Positions 45,124-55,538 of a stretch of 64,000 nucleotides of DNA are shown piece after piece. Made by a program: the position numbers and the translations under genes. The notes below the pieces were generated by a model, which was not told the origin of the DNA, made no database searches, and saw nothing but the letters and a program-made list of their open reading frames with translations. Where the stretch lies: the IMG/VR virus record IMGVR_UViG_3300028591_000110, positions 1-64,000 of that record; one strand, given 5' to 3'. Numbering within the stretch: the stretch's first letter is position 1; each line of letters opens with the position of its first letter. The DNA is from a virus. Taxonomy: Duplodnaviria > Caudoviricetes.

Positions 45124-47856
45124 ATGATGGATGAAGAGCTGAAAGTAGTAGTAACCAGCGTACTGGAAGCGGATGAAGCTGCTTCAGCACAACGAATCAC
45201 AGGGCAGCTCCCGGCAATCTCTCAGCGCATCAATTCAAGCGGTAAGATTAAGGTGCAGGTTGAGCTTGACGACTCTACGGCCACTTCAAACGCAAAATCA
45301 TACGCACAAAAAGTAAGTCAGGCTGCAAAGTCTCAGCGCATCGGGCTTCCGATTGAGTTGGATCACTCATCAATTAACAAGATAAGATCGGAGCTAAAAA
45401 AACTTGGCGTTGATACCAACATCTCACAAGCTATGGTAAAAGAGCTTGACCAGATGTTTGCCAAGGTCAACCAAGTGAAGGGAACTTGGGGAGAGATCGC
45501 GAGCGAGGAAGAACATCTACTAAGCGTTTTGGTCGACGGTGTTGACCAGTTTGGCAGAAATGTTTCTGTTTTGCAGAGATATAATGCCGAAACGGGTGAT
45601 CTTGATAATAAAGTTACAAGCGTGACTTTGAATCTTGAAAAGATGCGTCAAGAGGACGAGCGAGCATCAAAAGCTGCAAAAACTGCGAATGACAATCGTA
45701 TTGCGGCTCTGCAAAAGCAGCTTGATATGCTGGAAAAGCTAAAGGCAAATTATTCCGGCAACGGAAAAGGCGATGCTGTAACCGGAACAGATCATCTGGA
45801 AACGCTATCAGCAAAATACCATGAAATCAAGCGGCAGATTCAGGATTTACAAAATGCGTCCGGCGCTTATGACAAGACCAGAAAGGTTGGAATTGACTCT
45901 GAGATTCGTGCACTTGAGCGCCTGATTACAGAGTACCAAAAAGCAGAACGAACGGCCACGGATCTTAGATCCAAAGATGTTACGACTGTAAAGACGGAGC
46001 AAGAGTTTAAGCTAAACGAGTTTGAATCGAAGCTGAAAACAGCAGGTATTCTTACTGATGAGCTAAAAGGAAAAATTACTTCTCTACGCAATGAGCTCGC
46101 TGGTGTTGGCGACTCTCAGGGAATGACGAAGTTCCTTGACAACTTCGGTGCAGCAAAGGCGCAGGCTTCGGCTACTGCGGCGGCAGAACAGTTCCGACAG
46201 AGCGTTGCCAGTGCAAATGCAGAGATGGCAGCAATGCCGTCTAACATCTCAGCGATGGAAGGGCGGATGCGTCAGCTATCAGCGCCGACAGACAACCTCA
46301 AAGCAAATGTTGCTGAGGTGCATCGCCTGATGGCGGAGTGGAATAAAGATCCGTCAGACGAAAAGAAGATTCAGATTTATGAGCAGATCAATGAAAAGCT
46401 GAAGCTGTGCAATTCTGAGATCACTCGTTTGAACCAAGCGCAAAACGCAGGTGTCAGAGACGTTAAGCTGATCCAAGGGCTCGACAAAGCGAAGGCCGAT
46501 CTGGCGACGATCCGCAGACAGTGGAGCGCGTTTACGAATGACAAGAGCTTGGAGCAAAAGTTCCAAGTTCTATCCAGGGGTTTGAACAACATCCGCAATC
46601 AAGCGGATTTGACGAAGTGGAATGCGCAGTTTGCAACGCTGAAATCGGAAATCAAGGCCGCAGGTCTGAATATGCAGTCGCTCGGCGATGTCATTAAGAA
46701 CAACCTCGCAAAAGTCGGACAATGGCTTGGCGCGACGACGATTATCTTCCGTGCAATCTCTACGATTAAATCAGCCGTAAATACGGTTATCGATATGGAC
46801 ACGGCGATGATCGATCTGCGGAAGGTTACGACCGGCACGGCAGCAGACTACGATAATTTCTATAAGTCTGCAAATGAGACCGCAAAGGCGCTCGGCGCTA
46901 CGACGGAAGAAGTTATCTCTCAAACTGCCGAGTGGGCCCGTTTGGGATACGCCATGAAAGACGCAGCAGAGCTCGCGAAGAACTCTGCTATTTTTGCGGC
47001 TGTATCCCCCGGCATGGGTCAAGAACTCGCAACAGATGGCTTGGTAAGTATTATCAAGGCGTTCGATGTTGACGTTGAAGACTCTATGGATGGGATTATT
47101 TCAAAGGTAAATGCGGTTGGTAACGCATTCGCCGTCAGCAACGCAGATATCGTGAACGCTCTCACGCGCTCATCTTCTGCGATGGCGGCAGCAAATAATA
47201 CCTTTGATGAAACCGTGGCGCTTGCTACGGCGGCAATTGAGATCACAAGAGACGCTGAGAGTGTGGGACAGGGCTTAAAGACCTTATCCATGAGAATCAG
47301 AGGCTATGACGAGGAGACTGAAGAATACTCCGAAGACGTGGCCATGCTTACTGGTAAGATCGCAGATCTTACCAAAACAGCAAAAACCCCCGGCGGCATC
47401 AGCCTATTTGAGCCGGGAGATCCCGACACTTATAAATCAACTTATGACATCCTGAAAGAAATCAGCGAGATCTGGGAAGATCTGACGGACAAGAACAGAG
47501 CAAGCCTCTTGGAAGCGCTGTTCGGAAAGCGTCAGGCTCAGATCGGCGCAGCGATCCTCTCCAACTTCGATCAGGCCAAGGCGTCCATCGAGACGATGGC
47601 GAACAGCGCCGGCAGCGCTGAGCGCGAGATGGAGAAGATCACGCAGAGCCTGGAATACCGCATCAATGCGCTCGGCCAGACATGGGTTGGCGTTGCGCAG
47701 AACCTATTCCAGACCGGCGATCTAAAGGGTGTAATATCTGTGCTTCAAGTTTTCTCCTCTGCTATTCAGGAGATTACCGATAAAGCCGGATTACTTGGAA
47801 CGATTGCAATTGGCGGCGGAATTACGTCGCTTGTGCAGGCGTTCAAAACTGTGGGT
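45124..47856 (+). CDS. Tape measure protein, exon 1 (911 codons)
   Basis: TP901-type core (IDMDTAMIDLRKVT, EWARLGY, GLKTLSMRIRG). Ends at the proposed 5' splice site. The unspliced ORF stops at 47931. Confidence 0.85.
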
Positions 47857-48211
47857 AGACCCAAAATGAGGGGTTTCATAAATGTGCCCACATACGCTCC
47901 GGTGGCGACACGGAACGAGCTTGCAGCGTAAGCGTGCTGCGGGCAAGGGAGCGTTGGCAAAATCACCGAACATGGCCTTTGCAGGCGATGGGTTTGAATC
48001 ATTCCCATCCGGGAACCCGAAAGGGAATCCGCAGCCAAGCTCGTTGTAAAAACTATATAGTTTTTCTAACGAGACGGTTCAGAGAGCATAATGGTGACGC
48101 GGCAGACCAGACGATACCGGTATCTGTCGTGATGGGGTGCTCCACATCGACGCAAAGCGATTTGCGAAAAATGATTATGCGGTTTGCCGCCGCACCCAAC
48201 AAAGGCAAAGA

Positions 48212-48238
48212 AAATGACGCCCAAGGCGGGCGCCATTT
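48212..48238 (-). terminator. Hairpin, probable terminator of the intron cargo gene
   Basis: AAATGACGCCC/GGGCGCCATTT with a T-run on the minus strand, 11 nt after the stop codon. Confidence 0.55.
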
Positions 48239-48249
48239 GTCAAGTAAAA

Positions 48250-48957
48250 TTAAAATTTACTGCCGCAGTTTTCACACTGCCAAGTCTTGCCGAGATCCCC
48301 GGCTCCGTATATTCCAAACAATGAAATTTTAGATGCTTTCTTTACGGTGGAAATCTTTTTTAGTTTTGTGGAATTACAGATCGGGCAATGAGGAATGTTC
48401 TTAGCGACATCTGCTTTTATTGGTTTTGGCTGCGCGGATCGTGGCACTTCATAAACAGGATGATTATAATCTTGAGGATTTGGCTTGACTTCTTTAACCG
48501 GTCTGTTTGGAAACGCAGCATTGCACTCTTCGATTCTGCTGAATAGTTCATTGACTGTATCTGTGTATTCCTTTGATTCTTTATCTCCAATATTGTATGG
48601 AATAACAAAGTGATTCAGAATGTATAGGTGCGCTCCAACTGTATAGTATCTGCCTCCGTTTGCGTAGTTTACTTCAACGCCAGGGTATTTTTCTCCATGG
48701 AACTGACATCCACAATCGGGGACGTATTCGTTTTTAGACAGATCAAAAGAAAAAGGCTTTGCGCATTTGATACAGACTTTCACTCTAGGGTTTGGAAGAG
48801 ACAGAGAATAGGGTTTAATTTGCCTTGTTAGTCTCGAAAATTCCTTAGATACTTCTTCCTTATCTACATAGTCTGATATCGGGAAACCGCATTTTGGGCA
48901 AGTTGAAGCTCGTGATGATACTTGGTTGTTGCATTCCGGGCAAGTGATCAGCGCCAT
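48250..48957 (-). CDS. Zinc-ribbon protein (intron cargo, AT-rich)
   Basis: CPEC..CPKC, CIKC, CPIC and CENC. GAGGTG RBS. No LAGLIDADG, GIY-YIG or HNH motif seen. Confidence 0.8.
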   Translation of the reverse strand: MALITCPECNNQVSSRASTCPKCGFPISDYVDKEEVSKEFSRLTRQIKPYSLSLPNPRVKVCIKCAKPFSFDLSKNEYVPDCGCQFHGEKYPGVEVNYANGGRYYTVGAHLYILNHFVIPYNIGDKESKEYTDTVNELFSRIEECNAAFPNRPVKEVKPNPQDYNHPVYEVPRSAQPKPIKADVAKNIPHCPICNSTKLKKISTVKKASKISLFGIYGAGDLGKTWQCENCGSKF

Positions 48958-48975
48958 ATTATCACCTCACATAAT

Positions 48976-49004
48976 ATTATACATTCATTTTAAGCTATGG
49001 GCAA
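48976..49004 (-). promoter_or_regulatory. Sigma-A promoter for the cargo gene
   Basis: TTGCCC-17 bp-TATAAT on the minus strand. Confidence 0.65.
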
Positions 49005-49027
49005 GCTTAAGTTGAATACCAGATGGG

Positions 49028-52000
49028 ACATTAAAAATTGGCGATTTTGTTGCATCGATGCAACAACTTAGCAACGTGTCGTTCTATGGCACAACACAAG
49101 ACACACTAAAATATATTTCCACTTTAAGCGGAATGACGCAGGCGCAACAGGCGGCTATTATTTCCTCGCACGGATATACTGCTGCTCAGGAGCAGGAAAT
49201 TCTTACAATGGTTCGCGCAATCGCTTCTTTGGAAGCTTATACGGTTGCCGAGATGGAGTCTGCTCTTGGAATCAAGAACGGAGAGCTGGCTAAAAAGCTT
49301 AATGTAGCTGCAACAGAGCAGCTAACACAGGCAAACATCAGACTGCTTTTGGCGGACACCAGTTTGTCTGCTGAGCAAAGAGCAGTTCTGCTAGGCATGG
49401 TTCAGGACAGCGCGGCAAAGCTGACCGCTGCTGCTGCAACTGACACTGCGACTGTCGCAAATGTCGGGTTTGCCGCATCTCTAAAAGCAGTATGGGTCGC
49501 TATGAAGGCGAATCCGATTGGCCTTCTTCTGACAGCGCTGCCGCTTCTTGTTATTGCAGTTAAGGCGTTTGTCAAAGCTATGAACGACGCGCATCCGTCT
49601 TTGGATACGCTGAAAGATGATCTTCAAGGTTTGAAGACAGAAGAGGAAGATCTTGAAACACAATCTTCCGAGCTCAACGATCGGATTAAGGAACTGCAAG
49701 ATCTGAAAAACGCCGGCACGATTACTCTTACAGAAGAGGAGGAGCTTGGAAGGCTCGAAAGAGAAAACGAACTGCTCAGGCAGCAAATCGAGCTCCAGAA
49801 AGAGCGTATTGCAGCACAGGAAGAAAAGGTTCAAGACAAGGCGGAAAGCAATGCGTCGGACTTTTTCAACCCGAACAAAGGCGGAAACGGTGTTTATAAT
49901 AACAACGCAACCGGTCTGAAGAATCTAATCGACAGATACAATCAGGCAAAAGAAGAGTTTAGCAAGGCAGTGAATGAAAAAGATACGGACAGCATGGAGA
50001 AGTGGCAGGATGTCATGGATTCCGCCAGAGAACGTATTGCAAGCATTCATTCACAGTTGGTCTCTATGCGAGGAGATCTCGGAGAGGATTCAGAATACCT
50101 CCCCAAAATTGACGAGCTTTTGGACAGCATTGCGGAGACGCTTGGACTATCGTCTGATGGGCTTCCGGACAGCTTAAAGGAAGCATACGAAGCGTACCAA
50201 AAGCTAAAGGATGCTGTTGGAGAAGAAGGCGCAAAGGGTTCAGATGAGTTCAAGACGCTTGAAGAGGAAGCAGGCAAGGCCGGTCTTACCGTCGAGCAGG
50301 TCACGGAGCGTATGGGCGAAAACAGCGCCGCTGCCGCTGCGGAGGCGGAAGAGCTTGAAAAGCTGAAAGCAAGCGCGACAAAGGCGACGGAAGCACTTGC
50401 AGGATTGCAGTCTCAGCAAAGCCTTGTTTCCGGCGCGGCCAAAGAACAGACTGAATCCGGATATCTGTCCGTTGAAACGTATGACAAGCTGATTGCCGCA
50501 TCTGCGGATTATGCATCCTGCATTGAGTACGAGAACGGCTCCATGCAGCTCAACACCGAAAAAGCGAAAGAGTTGACGGACGCAAAGTATGAGCTTCAGC
50601 TTCAGGAGATTGAGCTTGCAAAGGCGCAGGACGTTGCGAAGTGGAAAGAGAACGCTGCGGACATTGCAGATCTGGAGAGCAGATATGCGTCTCTGTCTGA
50701 TACGGAGCTTGCGCATTTAGCAAGCCTGCAAAGCGAAAATGGCGTTCTGGAGCAGAACATCCAGAAATACAACGTCATGAAGAGCGAGATCATCGAGCTA
50801 ACCGGCGCATACAAAGAATGGCTGGACGCGCAGAGCGGGCCGGAATCCGGCGACATGTATGATTCTCTGAAGACGGCGCAAAAGGCGATTGAGGAGGGGC
50901 TGGAGTCCGGCAAGACCGGAACGGCGAAATACAAGTCTGCTTTGAAGCTGCTTGTGCCGGAGGATGCGAGAGCGGATGCTGCTGCTTATATGCAGAACCT
51001 GCAGCGCTATATCTCAGACGATTCTGCCGGCGTAACCAACTTCATTCACGACATGGTAGCTGCCGGTCTGATGATCGAGGATGGCGACAATGTGCAGCTA
51101 GTGCCAGATACGGCGATCCAGGATATTTGCGAGAAGCTTCATATTACGCCGGAGATGGCAAAGGCGATTTTCGGAGAGCTTGAAGAATACGACTTCCATT
51201 TTGACTGGGAAGACGAGGACTTTGAGTTTAATACAAACACGAAGTCTTTGGATGAGATCAACGCCAAGATCGCGGAGACGAAGCAAAAGATTGAAGAGAT
51301 CAAGGCTTCCACGGTTGATCCGCAGGTCAAGCTGGAGCAGATTAACGAGGCTAAGCAGGAAATGCAGCAGCTCCTGCAGGACAAGGCTGCATTGGAAACG
51401 CCGACGGAAGCGGACGTTACGACGAACTCGGAGACCGCGAAGACGCAGCTGTCCGAGATCACAGGAACGCTGGATGAGATTGCGAAAAAGATTGACGAGG
51501 TTGCTGCAAAGCAAATCGGAGATCTCGGCGCAAGCTCGACCATTACGGCGCTGCAGAATGTGCTCAATAAGCTGAACGGAATCAACAGCATTAAGCTGAG
51601 AGACAAGACGTTCACGGTCACACAGATCACCAAAACAGATCCTGCCGGCGCCTATGGATTCCCGGCTGCCGGTGGTACACGCGGCGCACCCGGCGGCTTG
51701 ACGCTAGTTGGTGAGCTCGGGCCGGAGCTGGTTGTGTCCGGCAATCATTATTACACGGTAGGCGATCTCGGCGCTGAGTTTGTAAATCTCAAAGCCGGGG
51801 ATATCGTCTTTAATCATAGAGATACCGAAAAACTCTTGAAGGGCTTGACTGGCGTTCGTGGCACTGCGCTTGCGCAAGGCACGGCTATGGCCGGAAAGAT
51901 CAGCGGCGGCGGCAGTCTCAGCAACTTGCCGGGTTATAAAGTAACCAGCGCGAGCACGGTGCAATCGCAGACCACGGCGACGGTTAATGTCAATGTGAAA

Positions 52001-54682
52001 ACCGGCGCGAAGGATCTTGGTGAGGCGCTGGAAGATCAGCTAAAGACGCTGAAAGAAGAGCTGGACGACATTCTCGGCCAGTTTGATTTCAAGATCTTTA
52101 TGGCAGAGAAGCACAACGCATCTGCCAAGGAGATTATTGAAATCTATCGCAAAATGCAGGAAGCGGTTCATGCTCAGGCTGAGAAGTACCGCTCAATGGG
52201 CGTTGACGAGAACAACGAATACATCCGGGATCTGAAAAAGCAGTGGTGGGAATACGAAGAAGCGATCAAGGACGCTCGCAAGGACGAGTTTGATGAATGG
52301 ATGAAGGATTCCAAGTTTGCAATTGAAGCGATGGATCGCGATCACACCGGAACGGACAAGATGTTGGAATCCTGGCGGACGGTGCTGAGATCCATCAATG
52401 ATGAGATCGCATATTATACCGCTCGCGGATATGACATGGCTTCGGATGAGATTCAGGATCTGCTGAAAGAGGCGTGGGACGCCGAGAGCGAGATCGAGTC
52501 GATTCTTGAGCATACGTTGGATGCGGTCAACGACAGCATTGACAACATTCAGGATCTCTATAAGACATTAAAGGACGCTGCGGAAGAGTTTGCGGAAACC
52601 GGATACATCTCACTAGATGCGTATCAGGAAATCGTGAACATGGGCGTGGAATACATGGCGTATTTGCGCGACGAAAACGGTTATCTGCACATCAACCGCG
52701 AGCGCGTGGAAGCGGTGCTGACAGCGAAGACGCAGCAGATGGCGGTAGAGTCTGCTTTGAACTATGTTCGCCAGATCGGATTGGCGCTTGCCAACAACGA
52801 GACGGAGGAACTGAAGCGGCTGCTGGACGCTACGGAGCAGACGTCGGACGCAACATGGGGGCTCGTCTACGCGAACCTTGCGTTCCTGAATCTGACGGAC
52901 AAGCAGAGAGCTGCGGCGAGAAAGAACATTGACAGCCTGCGGGCGATTGCGGACAACGTATCTGCAAACATCTCCAAGAATCTGGATGACGAGGAAGGCG
53001 CCGAGTCGGTAACGGACACGAAGGATGCACTGGAAGACATTTTGGAGTTGACCAAGGATCTGATCAAGCATGAGCATGATCAGATGCTGGACGCTCTGGA
53101 CGATCAGCTTGACAAGTATAGAGAGATCATCGACGCGAAGAAGGAATCTTTGGCGTTGACTAAATCCGAATTGAGCTACAATAAGGATGTTCAGGACAGA
53201 ACGAAAGAGATCTCCCAGATTCAGGCGCGGATTGCGGCGCTTGAGCTGGATGACAGCAGGGAAGCGGCAATCGAACGCGCGAAGCTGATGGAAGAGCTCG
53301 CCGAAAAGCAGGCAGAGCTGGAAGAGAAGCAGCGCGATCATGCGTATGATCTGCAGATGGATTCTCTGGACAAGATGGCAGAGGCGCAGGAGAAGTCTGT
53401 GAACGAGCGCAAGGAGCAGATCGAGAACGAAACCAGCTCCGAGCAGAAGCTGTATGACCTCGCGATCAAAAAGATCTCCGAGGAATGGGATACGCTGGAA
53501 GATCAGCTTTTGGCCTGGAACACCGAATATGGCCGCAGCCTGAACAAAGACGTCATCGAAAAGTGGGACGCAGCCCGTGAAGCAGCGGAGCGTTACGGTA
53601 GCTTTGTGGAGGCGCTGAATCAGATGGGCATCGCCCCGGCTGAGGATGGCGAGAAGCCAACCTCCGATATTGTCGGCAAGGTGGAAGTTTATGACGACGC
53701 GGAGCGCATTCAGGAGATCGCGGAGCAGATGCAGAAGAACTCTCTGGAATGGTTCGGGGCGACAGATGATCGCCGCAGAGAACTGGAACGCGAGAACGAG
53801 AGCCTCAGCGCCGAGCTTGAGCAATACACCAATTACGGCATCTACAAAGAGAAGGGCACATGGTATCGAGCAGACGGAAGCACACTGTATTCACTTAATC
53901 CAGATGTAAAAGACGCCGCTATTACTGCCGCGATGAAACAGAACTCCATTGCATGGTGGACTGCCTCTCCAGAGGATCAGGCGAAGCTTGCAAAGAGGAA
54001 TGAGGATCTTGCCAGCTATTCAGACGGACGCATTACGAAGCAGAATAACCAGTGGGTTGGCGTGGATGGTAATCCGCTGTATGCCATTTCCAAGGAGGAA
54101 AAGGATGCGATTGCACATCAGCTTGTGGCGATGATGAAAGCCAACAGCGCGGCATGGTCTTCTGCAACCGATTCCGGGAAGCAGAATCTTTCCAACGAGA
54201 ATACAAGGCTGGCAAAGCTGCTGGAACAGCTTCTTGGGTCAAAGGTTACACGAGACAATGGCACTGGCACTTGGTACATTGACGGGAAGCCTCTTTATGA
54301 TGTTTACCACAAGGGCGGCGTCGTCGGCGGCGGAAATCTTCGCAGCCAGGAACGATTTGCGCTGCTGGAAGAGGGCGAGATGGTTCTTGCGGAAAAGCAC
54401 TTCAAGGCAATCGACCAGATGATTGAAATGATGAAGTTCATGAAATCGCGGTCTGCGGATTTGTCCAAGGTGTATTCTGAGACGAACCAAGTCAACGCCA
54501 TGAAGGAGCGCAGCGAGAAGATCAACAGCATCCTTCAAACCAGAACGTCAAAGTCTGAGGAGAGCGTTGTCAACGTGGACGCCTCCATTTCTGTAAGCGG
54601 AATCGTGGACGAGCACGTTCTGCAGGCGATCCGGAGACATCCTCGCGCAGTGGCAGAGGAAGTTGCCAAACAATTCGTATAA
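49028..54682 (+). CDS. Tape measure protein, exon 2 (1884 aa)
   Basis: Long coiled coil with ANPIG, LVGELGPELVV and YHKGGVV. No RBS before ATG 49058, and the frame is open from 49016. Confidence 0.85.
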   Translation, partial: TLKIGDFVASMQQLSNVSFYGTTQDTLKYISTLSGMTQAQQAAIISSHGYTAAQEQEILTMVRAIASLEAYTVAEMESALGIKNGELAKKLNVAATEQLTQANIRLLLADTSLSAEQRAVLLGMVQDSAAKLTAAAATDTATVANVGFAASLKAVWVAMKANPIGLLLTALPLLVIAVKAFVKAMNDAHPSLDTLKDDLQGLKTEEEDLETQSSELNDRIKELQDLKNAGTITLTEEEELGRLERENELLRQQIELQKERIAAQEEKVQDKAESNASDFFNPNKGGNGVYNNNATGLKNLIDRYNQAKEEFSKAVNEKDTDSMEKWQDVMDSARERIASIHSQLVSMRGDLGEDSEYLPKIDELLDSIAETLGLSSDGLPDSLKEAYEAYQKLKDAVGEEGAKGSDEFKTLEEEAGKAGLTVEQVTERMGENSAAAAAEAEELEKLKASATKATEALAGLQSQQSLVSGAAKEQTESGYLSVETYDKLIAASADYASCIEYENGSMQLNTEKAKELTDAKYELQLQEIELAKAQDVAKWKENAADIADLESRYASLSDTELAHLASLQSENGVLEQNIQKYNVMKSEIIELTGAYKEWLDAQSGPESGDMYDSLKTAQKAIEEGLESGKTGTAKYKSALKLLVPEDARADAAAYMQNLQRYISDDSAGVTNFIHDMVAAGLMIEDGDNVQLVPDTAIQDICEKLHITPEMAKAIFGELEEYDFHFDWEDEDFEFNTNTKSLDEINAKIAETKQKIEEIKASTVDPQVKLEQINEAKQEMQQLLQDKAALETPTEADVTTNSETAKTQLSEITGTLDEIAKKIDEVAAKQIGDLGASSTITALQNVLNKLNGINSIKLRDKTFTVTQITKTDPAGAYGFPAAGGTRGAPGGLTLVGELGPELVVSGNHYYTVGDLGAEFVNLKAGDIVFNHRDTEKLLKGLTGVRGTALAQGTAMAGKISGGGSLSNLPGYKVTSASTVQSQTTATVNVNVKTGAKDLGEALEDQLKTLKEELDDILGQFDFKIFMAEKHNASAKEIIEIYRKMQEAVHAQAEKYRSMGVDENNEYIRDLKKQWWEYEEAIKDARKDEFDEWMKDSKFAIEAMDRDHTGTDKMLESWRTVLRSINDEIAYYTARGYDMASDEIQDLLKEAWDAESEIESILEHTLDAVNDSIDNIQDLYKTLKDAAEEFAETGYISLDAYQEIVNMGVEYMAYLRDENGYLHINRERVEAVLTAKTQQMAVESALNYVRQIGLALANNETEELKRLLDATEQTSDATWGLVYANLAFLNLTDKQRAAARKNIDSLRAIADNVSANISKNLDDEEGAESVTDTKDALEDILELTKDLIKHEHDQMLDALDDQLDKYREIIDAKKESLALTKSELSYNKDVQDRTKEISQIQARIAALELDDSREAAIERAKLMEELAEKQAELEEKQRDHAYDLQMDSLDKMAEAQEKSVNERKEQIENETSSEQKLYDLAIKKISEEWDTLEDQLLAWNTEYGRSLNKDVIEKWDAAREAAERYGSFVEALNQMGIAPAEDGEKPTSDIVGKVEVYDDAERIQEIAEQMQKNSLEWFGATDDRRRELERENESLSAELEQYTNYGIYKEKGTWYRADGSTLYSLNPDVKDAAITAAMKQNSIAWWTASPEDQAKLAKRNEDLASYSDGRITKQNNQWVGVDGNPLYAISKEEKDAIAHQLVAMMKANSAAWSSATDSGKQNLSNENTRLAKLLEQLLGSKVTRDNGTGTWYIDGKPLYDVYHKGGVVGGGNLRSQERFALLEEGEMVLAEKHFKAIDQMIEMMKFMKSRSADLSKVYSETNQVNAMKERSEKINSILQTRTSKSEESVVNVDASISVSGIVDEHVLQAIRRHPRAVAEEVAKQFV

Positions 54683-54697
54683 CAGGAGGTGCTGTTT

Positions 54698-55516
54698 ATG
54701 GCGTTTTATGCATGCACATTTCGTTACGATGGCATCTCAAGCGAAGAGTTTGGGCTGACATTGTGTGAGATCGCAAGTAACAAGCAAAACGGAGGGGCTA
54801 TCAATGATGGCTTCTCCGTTTTATCAGACCACATGGCAAGGAGATCGCAGCCGATTCACTACGGCGTGCAGAAGAGCGATCACCTTGAATTTGATCTTAT
54901 TTTCGGCGCCGATGAATATCTGGACAGGACTGTGGTTGCAGATATTGCAAAATGGCTGCTCGGAAGATCGAAATTCGCACCGCTTGTCATTGAGCAGGAG
55001 GATATGAAGGGATTTCAGTATAAGGCAATTATTACAACGATGAAGATTATTCCCGTCGGCGGGAAGACGATCGGCTTCAGCGCACACGTTGTTTGCGACG
55101 GGCCGTTTGCCTACACTGAAAGAATCATTTCGTCCTATAAATGCGAAGGGGTGAAAAGTTTCTATTTCAGAAACTTGTCCAATGTTCCGGAGCTGTATGC
55201 GCCGGATGTTGCAATTATTCTTGACGCAAATTCCGATTTCAAAATGGTGAACAACACGACCGGAGAAACCGTGTCGTTTGAGTTTGATGGGGCGAACACA
55301 TCCAACATTGCCATTTCCATTCACGGAAAGACGAAGGTAATGACCTATGCGGAAATCGGAGAGAGCGTCACCTTGAACTTGTATGAGTGCATGACGCTGA
55401 ACGGTGAGCGGCATTTTGTTTTCCCGCGATTTGCTCAGGGGGATAATCTGATCACCGTAACCGGCAACTGCACTTTGAAAATAGAATCTGAATTTCCTAT
55501 GGCGATAGGAACATAA
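54698..55516 (+). CDS. Distal tail protein (Dit)
   Basis: F.YDGISSEEFG, CDGPFAY and FPRF..GDN. Follows the tape measure gene. Confidence 0.75.
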   Translation: MAFYACTFRYDGISSEEFGLTLCEIASNKQNGGAINDGFSVLSDHMARRSQPIHYGVQKSDHLEFDLIFGADEYLDRTVVADIAKWLLGRSKFAPLVIEQEDMKGFQYKAIITTMKIIPVGGKTIGFSAHVVCDGPFAYTERIISSYKCEGVKSFYFRNLSNVPELYAPDVAIILDANSDFKMVNNTTGETVSFEFDGANTSNIAISIHGKTKVMTYAEIGESVTLNLYECMTLNGERHFVFPRFAQGDNLITVTGNCTLKIESEFPMAIGT

Positions 55517-55538
55517 AAGAGAAGGGAGGTAAGGCATA

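Larger units (their letters stand above)
47857..49027 (+). mobile_element. Group I intron in the tape measure gene
   Basis: P1 GTGGGT/GCCCAC with U-G at the splice site. P10 AATGT/ACATT. Q AATCCGCAGC, R GTTCAGAGAGCATA, P7 GAGCA/TGCTC, P3 TCACC/GGTGA and terminal G 49027. Splicing restores the frame. Confidence 0.8.

Noticed and set aside
47934-48332. 132-aa plus-strand ORF
   Set aside because: It overlies the group I intron catalytic core and has no RBS.
47857-49027. IS element, intein or simple pseudogenisation of the tape measure gene
   Set aside because: There is no transposase, terminal repeat or intein motif, and stops intervene. P1/P10 pairing and frame restoration fit an intron better.
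20640-53824. Long antisense ORFs (e.g. 20640-21776, 35069-36343, 40645-41919, 52613-53824)
   Set aside because: They mirror strongly codon-biased sense genes and have no independent signals.
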